DNA of 64,000 nt from Clostridia bacterium (GTDB lineage Bacteria > Bacillota > Clostridia > UMGS1883 > UMGS1540), in the NCBI GenBank assembly GCA_045533905.1, contig JAZSIR010000021.1, forward strand, positions 43,283-107,282, written 5' to 3'. Under the pieces are notes generated by a model, which was not told the origin of the DNA, did no database searches, and saw nothing but the letters and a program-made list of their open reading frames with translations. The stretch's first letter is position 1. Each line of letters starts with the position of its first letter. Positions 35,544-46,099 of this stretch are shown piece after piece. The position numbers were made by a program, and so were the translations under genes.

Positions 35544-38192
35544 TTATTTGAGCTGTGCGGCTACCACACTTGCGACTGCCGAAAGGGCTTCCTCCGCCTT
35601 TTCGGGCTGCTTGCCGCCGGCCTGTGCGCTATCGGGCTTACCGCCACCACCGCCGCCTGCGATTTTCGCAACCTCGCGGACAAGGTTTCCGGCGTGTACG
35701 CCGCGGGAGACGGCTTCCTTTGTAGCCATTGCTACGAAGGTGACCTTGCCTTCTGCGGTGCCTGCGATGACGAGAACGCCCTCGCCCATCTTCGATTTTA
35801 CATTGTCGCCGATGGCGCGGAGTGCATCTGCATCCATACCGTCGAAAAGCCCTGTTATAACCTTTACGCCGCCGACCTCGGAAGCGTTTTTGAGAAGCGC
35901 ATCAATCTGGCTGCCTGCGCTTTTCAGTTTGACTTCTTCAAGTGTGCGCTGGAGGTTTTTCACTTCTTCCATCACAGCGCCGCCCTTTACCGCGATATCG
36001 GCAGGGCTTGTTTTGAGTGCCGCGGCCGTCTCTGCGATAAGCGCATCGCGTTCTGCGAGAAGAGAAAGGATTCTTGTGCCCGTTACGGCTTCGATGCGGC
36101 GTGTGCCGGAAGCGACGGAGCTTTCCGATACGATTTTGAAAAGACCAATCTCGCTTGTATTATCTACGTGTGTACCGCCGCAAAGCTCGATGCTGTAGTC
36201 GCCCATCTTGACAACGCGGACTACATCGCCGTACTTTTCGCCGAAAAGTGCCATAGCGCCGAGTGCCTTGGCTTCTGCCTGCGGCATTTCGCGCTTATCT
36301 ACGGAAAGTGCTGCCACAATCGCGGCGTTTACTTTCTTTTCTACCTCTGCAAGCTCCTCGGGCTTTACAGCTTCAAAGTGCTGGAAGTCAAAGCGGAGTC
36401 TCTCGGGGTTTACGAATGAACCTGCCTGGGTAACGTGGTCACCCACAACCTCGCGAAGTGCTTTCTGCAGAAGGTGTGTGGCGGAGTGGTTCTGCGCCGT
36501 GGCACGGCGGCTTTCCTTGCAGTATGCCGAGGTGAACACATCGCCTGTGCCGATTGCGCCGCTTTCTACCTTAATAAAATGTACAATCTTGCCGTCGGCA
36601 AGTTTCTTTGCATCGGTTACGATAGCTTTTGCCGTTTTACCGGAAAGCGTGCCGCGGTCACCCGTCTGGCCGCCGCTTTCGCCATAGATAACGGTTTTAT
36701 CGAGGATTACGGCGCCTTCTTCGCCTTCGCCGATGGCCTCTGCAATTTCGCCGCCGGAAATGACTGCCAAAACGCGGCCTTCTGCCGTTTCTTCGGTGTA
36801 ACCTGCAAATTCTGTTTTAATGGATTTATCGAGTTTTGTATATACGTCTTCACTCCAGCCTGCGCCCTCGCCTTCTTTTCTGGCATCACGTGCGCGGGTT
36901 TTCTGTGCTTCCATTTCGGCGCGGAAGCCTTCTTCGTCAACAGAAAGACCGCGCTCGCCTAAAATTTCAATCGTTAAATCAATCGGGAATCCGAAGGTAT
37001 CGTAAAGCTTGAACGCATTTTCACCCGAAAGCACGGTTTCGCCGCTCTTTTCGAGTGCTTCGATATGCGTATTCAAAATAGCAAGACCCTGATCGACCGT
37101 TTCGTCAAACCGTTCTTCCTCGATACGGATCATCTTGCAGATATAGTCCTTCTTCTCGATGAGTGCCGGATACGCCTCGCCGGATTCGCGAATAACCGTT
37201 TCGGCTATTTTATAAAGGAAGGGTTTTTTAATGCCGAGGAGTTTGCCGTGGCGTGCCGCGCGACGGAGAAGTCTGCGCACAACGTAGCCGCGGCCTTCGT
37301 TCGAGGGCACGATAGAGTCGCTAATCATAAACGTGGTGGAACGGATATGGTCGGTAATAACACGAAGGGAAATGTCCGACTTTTCGTTCTCGCCGTATTT
37401 TACACCGGCCACATCGCTGATGGCAAGCATAATATTGCGCACGGTGTCTACCTCAAAGAGGTTATTTACGCCCTGCATAATTGCCGCGAGGCGTTCAAGA
37501 CCCATACCTGTATCAATATTCGGATGTGCGAGGCGGTTGTAGTTGCCTTCTTCATCCTTATCAAACTGCGTGAAAACAAGGTTCCAGAATTCCACGAAGC
37601 GGTCACAATCACAGCCGAGCTTGCAGTCGGGGCTGCCGCAACCGGCTGCCTCGCCGCGGTCAAAGTAAATTTCCGAGCAGGGGCCGCAGGGACCTGTGCC
37701 GATTTCCCAGAAGTTATCTTCCTTGCCCATACGAACTACGCGGTCGGGTGCAACGCCGATTTCCTTCGTCCAGATATCAAACGCTTCATCGTCATCAAGA
37801 TATACCGTAACCCAAAGCTTGTCCACCGGCATTTCCATAACCTTCGTTACAAATTCCCATGCCCAGGAAATGGCTTCACGCTTGAAGTAATCCCCAAACG
37901 AGAAGTTGCCGAGCATTTCGAAGAATGTGCCGTGGCGTGCCGTTTTACCAACGCGCTCAATATCGGGCGTGCGGATACATTTCTGGCATGTGGTTACGCG
38001 CTTTCTCGGCGGCACCTCCTTACCCGTAAAATACGGCTTTAAGGGGGCCATACCGGCGTTAATCAAAAGAAGGCTGGCATCGTTTTGCGGCACGAGCGAA
38101 AAGCTCGGCAGGCGCAGATGCTCCTTCGTTTCGTAAAACTGTAAAAATTTCTCGCGGATTTCATTTAAACCTAATTTTTTCACGAAAACCAT
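35544..38192 (-). CDS. alaS: alanine--tRNA ligase
   Basis: 882 aa. Class II core (TTCQKCIRTPDIERVG), editing-domain HSATHLL, and C-terminal DHHA1 GGGGGKPDSAQAGG. Confidence 0.97.
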   Translation of the reverse strand: MVFVKKLGLNEIREKFLQFYETKEHLRLPSFSLVPQNDASLLLINAGMAPLKPYFTGKEVPPRKRVTTCQKCIRTPDIERVGKTARHGTFFEMLGNFSFGDYFKREAISWAWEFVTKVMEMPVDKLWVTVYLDDDEAFDIWTKEIGVAPDRVVRMGKEDNFWEIGTGPCGPCSEIYFDRGEAAGCGSPDCKLGCDCDRFVEFWNLVFTQFDKDEEGNYNRLAHPNIDTGMGLERLAAIMQGVNNLFEVDTVRNIMLAISDVAGVKYGENEKSDISLRVITDHIRSTTFMISDSIVPSNEGRGYVVRRLLRRAARHGKLLGIKKPFLYKIAETVIRESGEAYPALIEKKDYICKMIRIEEERFDETVDQGLAILNTHIEALEKSGETVLSGENAFKLYDTFGFPIDLTIEILGERGLSVDEEGFRAEMEAQKTRARDARKEGEGAGWSEDVYTKLDKSIKTEFAGYTEETAEGRVLAVISGGEIAEAIGEGEEGAVILDKTVIYGESGGQTGDRGTLSGKTAKAIVTDAKKLADGKIVHFIKVESGAIGTGDVFTSAYCKESRRATAQNHSATHLLQKALREVVGDHVTQAGSFVNPERLRFDFQHFEAVKPEELAEVEKKVNAAIVAALSVDKREMPQAEAKALGAMALFGEKYGDVVRVVKMGDYSIELCGGTHVDNTSEIGLFKIVSESSVASGTRRIEAVTGTRILSLLAERDALIAETAAALKTSPADIAVKGGAVMEEVKNLQRTLEEVKLKSAGSQIDALLKNASEVGGVKVITGLFDGMDADALRAIGDNVKSKMGEGVLVIAGTAEGKVTFVAMATKEAVSRGVHAGNLVREVAKIAGGGGGGKPDSAQAGGKQPEKAEEALSAVASVVAAQLK

Positions 38193-38216
38193 CCTTTATA
38201 TATAAACTTACCCTTT

Positions 38217-38245
38217 ATTATACCCGTTTTGGTGTATCTTGTCAA
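38217..38245 (-). promoter_or_regulatory. candidate sigma-A promoter of alaS (TTGACA-17-TATAAT on the minus strand)
   Basis: The reverse complement of 38240-38245 is TTGACA and that of 38217-38222 is TATAAT, with a 17-nt spacer. It lies ~25 nt upstream of the start codon. Confidence 0.5.
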
Positions 38246-38330
38246 GAGATTTTGCGCGTTCCAAATGCAAAAGAGGACCGCGTACGGCCCCCTTCTGAAA
38301 AAGAGATATGCAAAATGAAGTAATTTTTCT

Positions 38331-38780
38331 TTATTTTGTGCCCGTGGACCCAAAGCCGCCTGCGCCGCGCGCGGTGTCTTCGAGTGTATCCGCCTCGCAA
38401 AATGCGGCTTTCAGATACGGGGCAATCACGATTTGGGCAATGCGCTCGCCGTTTTCCACGGTCTGCACCTCGGGAGACTGGTTATAAAGTGCCACCATCA
38501 CCTCGCCGCGATAGTCGCTGTCAATTACGCCCACTTTATTGGCAGGGGCAAGGCCGCGCTTTACACTTATCCCGCTTCGCGCATAGATAAGCCCTACAAA
38601 CCCCTCGGGGATTGCAAAGAAAAGACCTGTGGAGATAAGCTTCGTTTCACCGGGCGAAAGCGTGACGGCACCCTCGGGAAGAAAGGCGTGTAAATCCGCG
38701 CCCGCGGCGTGTTCTGAGCCGTAGTGCGGAAGAAGCGCTTCGGGATGCAGTTTTCGAACAAGTACCTCTGCTTTTTCCAT
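38331..38780 (-). CDS. dut: dUTP diphosphatase
   Basis: Start moved to ATG 38778-38780 with RBS GGGGAGGGG. Motifs ARSGISVKRGL, GVIDSDYRGEV and GGFGSTG. Confidence 0.9.
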   Translation of the reverse strand: MEKAEVLVRKLHPEALLPHYGSEHAAGADLHAFLPEGAVTLSPGETKLISTGLFFAIPEGFVGLIYARSGISVKRGLAPANKVGVIDSDYRGEVMVALYNQSPEVQTVENGERIAQIVIAPYLKAAFCEADTLEDTARGAGGFGSTGTK

Positions 38781-38866
38781 TTTCCCCTCCCCTTTCCTTT
38801 TTAGTATACCAATATATTGTACATTTGTCAAGAGGCAAAACGATATATGGGCCGAAAACAAAACAC

Positions 38867-38895
38867 TTGCAATCTTTTGGAAACTATGGTACAAT
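38867..38895 (+). promoter_or_regulatory. candidate sigma-A promoter of tyrS (TTGCAA-17-TACAAT)
   Basis: TTGCAA at 38867-38872, a 17-nt spacer with TGG before the -10, and TACAAT at 38890-38895. Confidence 0.45.
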
Positions 38896-38928
38896 GATAG
38901 AAACTTATCCTGAAAGGAAGAACGTACA

Positions 38929-40146
38929 ATGGAAAATGTTTTTGATACCCTCTCGGCGCGTGGTCTCATCGCGCAGGTAACCCACGAGGAAGAAATTCGA
39001 AATCTCCTTGGGAATGAGAAGGTTTCCTTTTATATTGGCTTTGACCCGACTGCGGACAGTCTCCACGTAGGGCACTTTTTGCAGATGGTGGTTATGCGCC
39101 ACATGCAAAACGCAGGGCACCGTCCCATCGCCCTCGTCGGCGGCGGCACGGGTATGGTAGGTGACCCGTCCGGCAGAACGGACATGCGAAAGATGATGAC
39201 ACCGGAAACCATTCGCCACAATTGCGACTGCTTCCGCCGTCAGCTCGCTTCCGTGATTGACTTTTCGGACGACCGCGCTATTATGGTGGACAACGGCGAC
39301 TGGCTTTTAGGCCTTAACTACATCGAGTTCCTCCGCGAGGTGGGCAGCTGCTTCTCCGTAAACAAGATGCTGACAGCTGAGTGCTTTAAAACACGTCTTG
39401 AAAAAGGCCTTTCCTTTATTGAATTCAACTATATGCTCATGCAGAGCTATGACTTTTTACAGCTTTACAAGAACTACGGCTGCAAGCTCGAGCTTGGCGG
39501 TGACGACCAGTGGAGCAACATCCTCGGCGGTATTGACCTTGTCCGCCGCAAGGAAAATGCACAGGTCTACGGTATGACCTTCACGCTCCTTACAAACAGT
39601 GAAGGCAAGAAGATGGGCAAAACCGCAAACGGTGCGCTCTGGCTTGACCCTGAAAAGGTTTCGCCGTACGATTTCTACCAGTACTGGAGAAACGTGGATG
39701 ATCAGGACGTTTGCCGCTTCTTAAAACTCCTCACCTTCCTGCCGCTTCCTGAAATTGCGGAATACGAAAAACTTGAAGGGCAGGCCATTAACGAAGCAAA
39801 AACACGCCTTGCCTTTGAAGTTACAAAGCTTGTACACGGTGAAGAAGAAGCCACAAAGGCAAACGAAGCGGCGAAGACGGTATTCGCGGCAGGCGGCATT
39901 TCCGCCAATATGCCGACGGCGGAAGTTACCGCGGAAGACGCCGCAGAAGGACTTCTTTCGATGCTCGTGAAAATCGGCTTCATTCCGTCAAAATCCGAAG
40001 GCAGACGTCTTCTCCAGCAGGGCGGCCTTACGGTAAACGGCGAAAAGGTGACGGCGGACGGGCCCGTCGAGAAAGAATCTTTCGGCGAAGAAGGTTTAAT
40101 CGTAAAACGCGGCAAGAAAGCTATCATCAAAATTACACTCGCATAA
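38929..40146 (+). CDS. tyrS: tyrosine--tRNA ligase
   Basis: 405 aa. HIGH-type motif [20 protein letters not shown]-type KKMGKT, and a C-terminal S4 domain. Confidence 0.95.
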   Translation: MENVFDTLSARGLIAQVTHEEEIRNLLGNEKVSFYIGFDPTADSLHVGHFLQMVVMRHMQNAGHRPIALVGGGTGMVGDPSGRTDMRKMMTPETIRHNCDCFRRQLASVIDFSDDRAIMVDNGDWLLGLNYIEFLREVGSCFSVNKMLTAECFKTRLEKGLSFIEFNYMLMQSYDFLQLYKNYGCKLELGGDDQWSNILGGIDLVRRKENAQVYGMTFTLLTNSEGKKMGKTANGALWLDPEKVSPYDFYQYWRNVDDQDVCRFLKLLTFLPLPEIAEYEKLEGQAINEAKTRLAFEVTKLVHGEEEATKANEAAKTVFAAGGISANMPTAEVTAEDAAEGLLSMLVKIGFIPSKSEGRRLLQQGGLTVNGEKVTADGPVEKESFGEEGLIVKRGKKAIIKITLA

Positions 40147-40203
40147 AACATCGGGCGCGGGGAGGTTTCTCCCGCGCCCGTACTTACAAAAGGAGTTTTT
40201 CAT

Positions 40204-40884
40204 ATGATTGGAATTATCGTAGCCATGGAAAAAGAGATGCAGGCGCTCGCGATTGAAAATGCAAAAAAAGAGATGCACGGCGGCATCACGTTTACACGCG
40301 GGCTCGTCGGCGGCAAAGAAATCGTGGCGGCCGTGTGCGGCATCGGCAAGGTATTTGCCGCCATCTGCACGCAGACGATGCTTCTCGTCTACGCCCCCGA
40401 GCTACTCATAAACTGCGGTGTTGCCGGCTCTCTTTCTGAAAAATTACACGTATTTGATATTGCCGTAGGTACGGGCGCGGTGCAGTATGATATGGACACG
40501 ACGCCGCTTGGCGACCCGCGCGGTCTCATTTCGGGCCTTGACATTGTGGAGATGCCGACAGATGCGGCCCTTTCGGAAAAACTTCTCGCCGCGGCCGAAA
40601 GACTTGGTCTTTCTGCGCACGCGGGCCTTATCGCCACGGGGGACCGTTTTTGTGCCTCCGCCGCAGATAAAGATGCCATTTTAAAGGACTTTCCCGCCAT
40701 TGCCTGCGAGATGGAGGGCGGCGCGGTGGCGCAGGTATGCACAGCCGCAGGCGTTCCCTTTTGCCTCTTCCGCGCAATTTCGGACGCGGCGGACGGCGAA
40801 GCGCCTGTCTCATACGACACCTTCGTGATAGAAGCGGCAGAAAACGCAGGAAAGCTGATGACCGCGTTTTTAGAAAATCTTTAA
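40204..40884 (+). CDS. mtnN: 5'-methylthioadenosine/S-adenosylhomocysteine nucleosidase
   Basis: 226 aa. MIGIIVAMEKEM, GIGKV and EMEGGAVAQVC. Confidence 0.9.
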   Translation: MIGIIVAMEKEMQALAIENAKKEMHGGITFTRGLVGGKEIVAAVCGIGKVFAAICTQTMLLVYAPELLINCGVAGSLSEKLHVFDIAVGTGAVQYDMDTTPLGDPRGLISGLDIVEMPTDAALSEKLLAAAERLGLSAHAGLIATGDRFCASAADKDAILKDFPAIACEMEGGAVAQVCTAAGVPFCLFRAISDAADGEAPVSYDTFVIEAAENAGKLMTAFLENL

Positions 40885-40892
40885 AGATACAA

Positions 40893-40925
40893 AAACGGCA
40901 GAAACATTTCGTTTCTGCCGTTTTA
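40893..40925. terminator. bidirectional terminator between mtnN and ybaK
   Basis: AAAACGGCAGAAAC-(5 nt)-GTTTCTGCCGTTTT. Confidence 0.65.
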
Positions 40926-41396
40926 TTATACAGTTAAGGATGCGACCGTGGCTCTCACAAATTCCGCTAAATCCCCGGGCGGCATAATAAGCTGCCCGCC
41001 GCGAACGCCTGCGGAAAATGCAATTTTCTCTTGCGACATGGCGCTTTCGTCTAAAAACGTGGGGTACTGCTTTTTCATGCCTATGGGACTGCAGCCGCCG
41101 CGGATGTATCCTGTCAGCGGCAAAAGGTCTTTTACCGCTATCATTTCGAGCTTTTTGTTCCCCGAAGCCTTTGCCGCCTTTTTAAGGTCCAGCTCCAAAT
41201 GAACGGGAATACAAAGGACGATGATGCCCGTCCTATCGCCGCGCGCCACAAGCGTTTTAAAAACGCTCTCGTACGGCATACCTACCGCATCGGCCACATG
41301 GGTGCCCGAAAGGTCGTTTTCGTCCACGGGGTATTCCGCCGTTTTGTATGCGATTTTTGCTTTATCGAGAATCCGCATTGCATTTGTTTTTTGCAT
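40926..41396 (-). CDS. ybaK: Cys-tRNA(Pro)/Cys-tRNA(Cys) deacylase YbaK
   Basis: 156 aa. TNAMRILDKAKIAY, and the YbaK/EbsC fold motif GGCSPIG. Confidence 0.85.
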   Translation of the reverse strand: MQKTNAMRILDKAKIAYKTAEYPVDENDLSGTHVADAVGMPYESVFKTLVARGDRTGIIVLCIPVHLELDLKKAAKASGNKKLEMIAVKDLLPLTGYIRGGCSPIGMKKQYPTFLDESAMSQEKIAFSAGVRGGQLIMPPGDLAEFVRATVASLTV

Positions 41397-41405
41397 AGCT
41401 TTCTC

Positions 41406-43484
41406 CTATTCAAAAAGCATATCGGCATAGGTCGGGAACGGCCAATGTGTCGCCGCCGTCATCTTTTCACCTTCGTCTGCCGCTTTTCTCACTTCGTCCA
41501 TCGCGCGGCATACAAAGTCCTTATAAAATACGGCCGCTTTCTGCCCTGCGCCCATTTTTTCGGCTTCCGCGACAAGCTCCGCAAGGTCCTCAGTTTTTGC
41601 ATAGAGCGTGTCGACGATGCCGTAATACTTTGTAAGCTGTGCACGTCTTGCACCGCCGCCCTTTGCGATTTTCTCGCGGGTCAAAACGCTATCGGCCAAG
41701 GTTTTGGCATACGTATCCATCGCAGGCAAAATCGCACGGCGGGACATTTCAAGCATTGTGAGTGCCTCAATGTGAAGCGTGTTGCAGTATTCCTCCGTCT
41801 GAATTTCATAGCGGGAACGAAGCTCGTCCTCCGTGAAAATGCCGTGACGGCCAAAAAGGGCAAGGTTTTTGTCGCTTACGAGGTACGGAAGTGCCTCGGG
41901 CGTGGTGCGAAGGTTGAGTAGTCCGCGTACGGCCGCCTCGTTCTCCCATTCCTTTGCGTAGTTATCGCCGTTAAACACAATGCGGCGGTGCGCACGGTAT
42001 GTTCTGCGGATAAGGCGCTGTACATCCTCTTCAAAGTCGGTAGACTTTTCGAGAATATCGGCAAATTCCGAAAGGGCATCTGCCACAGCGGTATTCATAA
42101 TAATATTCGCTTCCGCAATCGACGCCGAGGAGCCGAGCATACGGAATTCGAACTTGTTTCCTGTGAAAGCGAGCGGCGAGGTGCGGTTACGGTCGGTCGT
42201 GTCGCGCGTCAGCGTCGGCAGAACGCTTACGCCTACCTCCATCGTTTCCTTCTCGCGCGCATCGATGGCTTCCTTCTTCTCCATGGCATCGAGTATCCCT
42301 GTAAGCTCATCGCCGAGGAAAATCGAAAGGATTGCAGGCGGCGCTTCCGCGGCGCCGAGGCGGTGGTCGTTCCCCGCGGTGGCTACGGAAATGCGAAGGA
42401 GATCCTGATACGTATCTACTGCTTTTATAACAGCGGCGAGGAACAGAAGGAAACGGGGATTATCCTGCGGTGCCTTGCCGGGGTTTAAGAGGTTTTCGCC
42501 GGCAGCTGTGGAAAGCGACCAGTTATTGTGCTTGCCGCTTCCGTTTACGCCGCGAAACGGCTTTTCGTGAAGAAGGCATACCATACCGTGCTTTTCGGCA
42601 ACCTTTTTCATCATCTCCATCGTGAGCTGGTTATGGTCGGTTGCGGTATTGACAGAGGTGAACACCGGCGCAAGCTCGTGCTGCGAGGGTGCCGCCTCAT
42701 TATGTTCGGTTTTAGCAAGTACGCCAAGTTTCCAGAGCTCCGCGTCAAGGTCTTTCATAAACGCCAGTACGCGCGGCTTGATGGTGCCGAAATAATGGTC
42801 ATCCATCTCCTGCCCTTTCGGCGCGGACGCGCCGAAGAGCGTGCGGCCTGTAAAGACGAGGTCGCGCCGTTTTTCGTACATTTTCTTATCAATTAAAAAG
42901 TATTCCTGCTCGGCACCTACTGTGGGCGTAACGCGCCCGGTTTCCGTATCGCCGAAAAGACGGAGAATGCGACGAGCCTCACGGCTTATCGCTTCCATAG
43001 AGCGGAGAAGCGGCGTCTTTTTATCAAGGCACTCGCCGTGATAGCCGTAAAATGCCGTGGGAATACAAAGGGTATTGTCTTTAATAAAAGCATAGGAAGT
43101 GGGGTCCCACGCCGTGTAGCCGCGCGCTTCAAACGTGGTGCGAAGCCCGCCCGACGGGAAGGAAGAAGCATCGGATTCGCCCTTTAAAAGCTCTTTCCCC
43201 GAAAACTCCATAATGACACCATCACCCTCGGGGGAGAGGAAGCTATCGTGCTTTTCGGCGGTGATGCCCGTCATCGGCTGGAACCAGTGTGTATAATGGG
43301 TGGCGCCGCGCTCCACTGCCCAGTCGCGCATAGCGGCGGCTACCTCTTTGGCAATGCCCGGGTCGAGTGCCTTGCCTTCCTCCACCGTTTCGCGAACTGC
43401 GCGGTAGACATCGGCAGAGAGGCGTTCCTCCATAACTTTATCGTTAAAAACACAGCTTCCGAAAATTTCTGCTATTTTCGTCAT
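41406..43484 (-). CDS. glnA: glutamine synthetase, type III
   Basis: 692 aa, the length and layout typical of GSIII. Segments HYTHWFQP, EQEYFLID and NGSGKHNNWS. Confidence 0.85.
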   Translation of the reverse strand: MTKIAEIFGSCVFNDKVMEERLSADVYRAVRETVEEGKALDPGIAKEVAAAMRDWAVERGATHYTHWFQPMTGITAEKHDSFLSPEGDGVIMEFSGKELLKGESDASSFPSGGLRTTFEARGYTAWDPTSYAFIKDNTLCIPTAFYGYHGECLDKKTPLLRSMEAISREARRILRLFGDTETGRVTPTVGAEQEYFLIDKKMYEKRRDLVFTGRTLFGASAPKGQEMDDHYFGTIKPRVLAFMKDLDAELWKLGVLAKTEHNEAAPSQHELAPVFTSVNTATDHNQLTMEMMKKVAEKHGMVCLLHEKPFRGVNGSGKHNNWSLSTAAGENLLNPGKAPQDNPRFLLFLAAVIKAVDTYQDLLRISVATAGNDHRLGAAEAPPAILSIFLGDELTGILDAMEKKEAIDAREKETMEVGVSVLPTLTRDTTDRNRTSPLAFTGNKFEFRMLGSSASIAEANIIMNTAVADALSEFADILEKSTDFEEDVQRLIRRTYRAHRRIVFNGDNYAKEWENEAAVRGLLNLRTTPEALPYLVSDKNLALFGRHGIFTEDELRSRYEIQTEEYCNTLHIEALTMLEMSRRAILPAMDTYAKTLADSVLTREKIAKGGGARRAQLTKYYGIVDTLYAKTEDLAELVAEAEKMGAGQKAAVFYKDFVCRAMDEVRKAADEGEKMTAATHWPFPTYADMLFE

Positions 43485-43493
43485 ATCCGTTTC

Positions 43494-44024
43494 CTACCTC
43501 GCTTCTTCGTTTTTCTTTCTGTCATGTAAAAGCATACCTGCCACTGTAAAGACCAAAAGGATTACGTGGGTAATAAGGGGACCGTGTGCCGGGCGGAGAA
43601 GGTCATACGTGCACCAAAGCACCATGTTAATAACCGTCCAGCTGCGGTATCTTGCGCCCGTCTTTTGCCCGACGCACATAATAAAGGTGAGCGATGCGAT
43701 GATGGCAATGACATCGACCGGCACCTGGAATACAAGAAGATTTGCTACGATGAAAGCCGCGGCATATGCCGTGATGAGCCACTTCGGAAGCGGTTTTCCC
43801 TTTGCATCATAAAAGGAATTGATAATCGCCTGCGCGGCGCCGATGAAGCAGGAAACCGCACCTGCGCCCTGCCCGTCGATTAAATAACTCGTTGCCACGA
43901 GGAAGTTACCGAGGAAAACAAAAAGCAGGATTTTTTTTATATTTTTGCCTTTTAAGAGGGACGAAACAATCATAGAAATAAGGCCTAAAATGCTCAGCGT
44001 ATACGCCAAGGCGAACACCTCCAA
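43494..44024 (-). CDS. YgjV-family inner-membrane protein
   Basis: 176 aa with ~5 TM segments. Confidence 0.5.
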   Translation of the reverse strand: MEVFALAYTLSILGLISMIVSSLLKGKNIKKILLFVFLGNFLVATSYLIDGQGAGAVSCFIGAAQAIINSFYDAKGKPLPKWLITAYAAAFIVANLLVFQVPVDVIAIIASLTFIMCVGQKTGARYRSWTVINMVLWCTYDLLRPAHGPLITHVILLVFTVAGMLLHDRKKNEEAR

Positions 44025-44133
44025 AGCTTAAAATCTTTACAAACAGAAAGTATATCATAAAATGGCGGATTTTGCAAGGATTTCTTTCCAAAAAACCGCC
44101 GTGCGGCACTTCGGAACGAAACAAAAAGAGTGC

Positions 44134-44162
44134 TTTACTTTCCTCTTTATATGTGATATAAT
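44134..44162 (+). promoter_or_regulatory. candidate sigma-A promoter of typA (TTTACT-17-TATAAT with a TG-extended -10)
   Basis: TTTACT at 44134-44139 and TATAAT at 44157-44162, preceded by TGTGA. Confidence 0.45.
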
Positions 44163-44200
44163 ATAGTTTTGAACAAATGCTTTATACGGGAGAGGATACT

Positions 44201-46018
44201 GTGGACAGACAAAATATACGAAATATCGCCATCATCGCACACGTTGACCACGGCAAAACCACGCTTGTGGATGCTATGCTTCGCCAAAGCGGCACATTCC
44301 GCGAAAACGAGCAGGTTGCCGAGCGCGTTATGGACTCGGATGCCATTGAACGTGAGCGCGGTATTACCATTTTAGCGAAAAACACCGCCCTTTTCTATAA
44401 GGACGTTAAAATCAATATTATCGACACACCGGGGCACGCCGATTTCGGCGGCGAGGTGGAGCGCGGCCTTAAAATGGCCGACGGTGTTCTGCTTTTAGTC
44501 GATGCCTTTGAAGGCTGCATGCCGCAGACGCGGTTTGTACTGAAAAAAGCGCTGGGTCTTGACCTTCGCCCCATTGTTGTTATCAATAAGGCCGACCGCC
44601 CGAATGCAAGACCCGAGGCGGTAGCCGATGAAGTTCTTGACCTTCTTATCGACCTCGGTGCCGATGACGAACAGCTCGAAGCACCGTTTATCTACGCTTC
44701 GGGGCGTGACGGCTGGGCCAGTACCGACCCGCACACAAAAGGCGAAAACCTCGGCGTTTTATTTGACCTTATTTTGGATACCATCCCCGCGCCGAGCGGC
44801 GAAGAGGATGCCCCCTTACAGATGCTCATCTCGAATATTGATTACGATACATACACAGGGCGCATTGCCATCGGCAAGGTGCAGCGCGGGCAAGTGCGCG
44901 TAGGCGCAGCCGTAAGTGTTTCTTGCCTCGGGCAGGATGGCGTTCGAAATGCAAGAGTCAACACGCTTTACACCTATGCGGGACTTGGAAAGGCGGATGC
45001 CGAAGTCGTTTCGGCGGGTGACATTGCCGCGATTTCCGGCATTACCGACATTAACATCGGTGAAACCGTTTGCGCGCCGGAAGCTGTGGAACCCCTTCCG
45101 TTTGTGGAAATTGACCGCCCTGTTTTATCTATGACATTCTCGGTAAATGACAGTCCCTTTGCAGGTAAAGAAGGGAAATTTGTTACAAGCCGCCATCTTC
45201 GCGCAAGACTTTATAAGGAGCTTGAATCGAACATCAGCCTTACGGTGGAAGACACCGATACAACGGAAGCCTTCATCGTATCAGGAAGAGGCGAACTCCA
45301 TCTTTCCGTTTTAATTGAAAACATGCGTCGCGAAGGATATGAATTCCAGGTTTCGGGGCCGAAGGTTATTACCAAAACGATAGACGGCGTTCTTTGCGAG
45401 CCGATTGAATACCTCATGGTGGACGTGCCTGACGAATATACCGGCGCCGTTATGGAAAGTGCCGGTCTTCGAAAGGGAACGCTTGTGAATATGGCACCGG
45501 GCGCTACGGGATATTCCCGTCTTGAATTTCGCATTCCGGCGCGCGGCCTTTTAGGCTACCGCAGCCAGCTTCTCACGGAAACGCGCGGCACGTGTGTTAT
45601 AAACCACGTTTTTGATTCGTTTGAGCCCTTTAAAGGCGCGCTTCCTACGCGTACGCGCGGCTCGCTCGTCGCGTTTGAAACGGGCGAAGCAATCTCCTAC
45701 GGTCTTTTTAACGCCCAGGACCGCGGCACAATGTTCATTTCCCCCGGCGACAAGGTGTATGAAGGCATGGTCGTTGGCGAAAACAGCCGCGCCGATGATA
45801 TTGTAGTAAACGTATGCAAGCGCAAGCACGTAACGAATATGCGCGCCGCAGGCAGCGACGAAGCGCTTCGCCTTGTGCCGCCGCGGAATTTAAGCCTTGA
45901 ACAGCATATCGAATTTTTGGCGGACGATGAGCTTCTCGAAATCACCCCCTCTACGCTTCGCATCCGTAAACGTATTCTCGATAACAGCCTTCGCGCCAAG
46001 AAAAACGCAAATAAATAA
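44201..46018 (+). CDS. typA: translational GTPase TypA/BipA
   Basis: GTG 44201 after RBS GGGAGAGG is preferred over ATG 44177. Motifs [33 protein letters not shown] and NKADR. Confidence 0.93.
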   Translation: MDRQNIRNIAIIAHVDHGKTTLVDAMLRQSGTFRENEQVAERVMDSDAIERERGITILAKNTALFYKDVKINIIDTPGHADFGGEVERGLKMADGVLLLVDAFEGCMPQTRFVLKKALGLDLRPIVVINKADRPNARPEAVADEVLDLLIDLGADDEQLEAPFIYASGRDGWASTDPHTKGENLGVLFDLILDTIPAPSGEEDAPLQMLISNIDYDTYTGRIAIGKVQRGQVRVGAAVSVSCLGQDGVRNARVNTLYTYAGLGKADAEVVSAGDIAAISGITDINIGETVCAPEAVEPLPFVEIDRPVLSMTFSVNDSPFAGKEGKFVTSRHLRARLYKELESNISLTVEDTDTTEAFIVSGRGELHLSVLIENMRREGYEFQVSGPKVITKTIDGVLCEPIEYLMVDVPDEYTGAVMESAGLRKGTLVNMAPGATGYSRLEFRIPARGLLGYRSQLLTETRGTCVINHVFDSFEPFKGALPTRTRGSLVAFETGEAISYGLFNAQDRGTMFISPGDKVYEGMVVGENSRADDIVVNVCKRKHVTNMRAAGSDEALRLVPPRNLSLEQHIEFLADDELLEITPSTLRIRKRILDNSLRAKKNANK

Positions 46019-46037
46019 ACTTTTCTGTATTTTTCTA

Positions 46038-46066
46038 TTGACTTTATCGTATTACTGTGCTATCAT
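46038..46066 (+). promoter_or_regulatory. candidate sigma-A promoter of the his operon (TTGACT-17-TATCAT)
   Basis: TTGACT at 46038-46043, a 17-nt spacer, and TATCAT at 46061-46066. Confidence 0.45.
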
Positions 46067-46099
46067 ACTAAAGTGATAAAGCGAAAAGGAGAGAATTCT

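Noticed and set aside
35119-38042. Several long plus-strand ORFs (35119-36198, 35532-36419, 37065-38042 and others)
   Set aside because: All are antisense to alaS or hit in GC-rich DNA, where stop codons are rare. None has a recognisable motif.
38193-38928. T-box riboswitch leaders upstream of alaS and tyrS
   Set aside because: Both genes have good -35/-10 promoters only ~25-35 nt from their start codons (38217-38245 and 38867-38895). That leaves no room for a ~200-nt T-box leader, and I saw no T-box consensus sequence.
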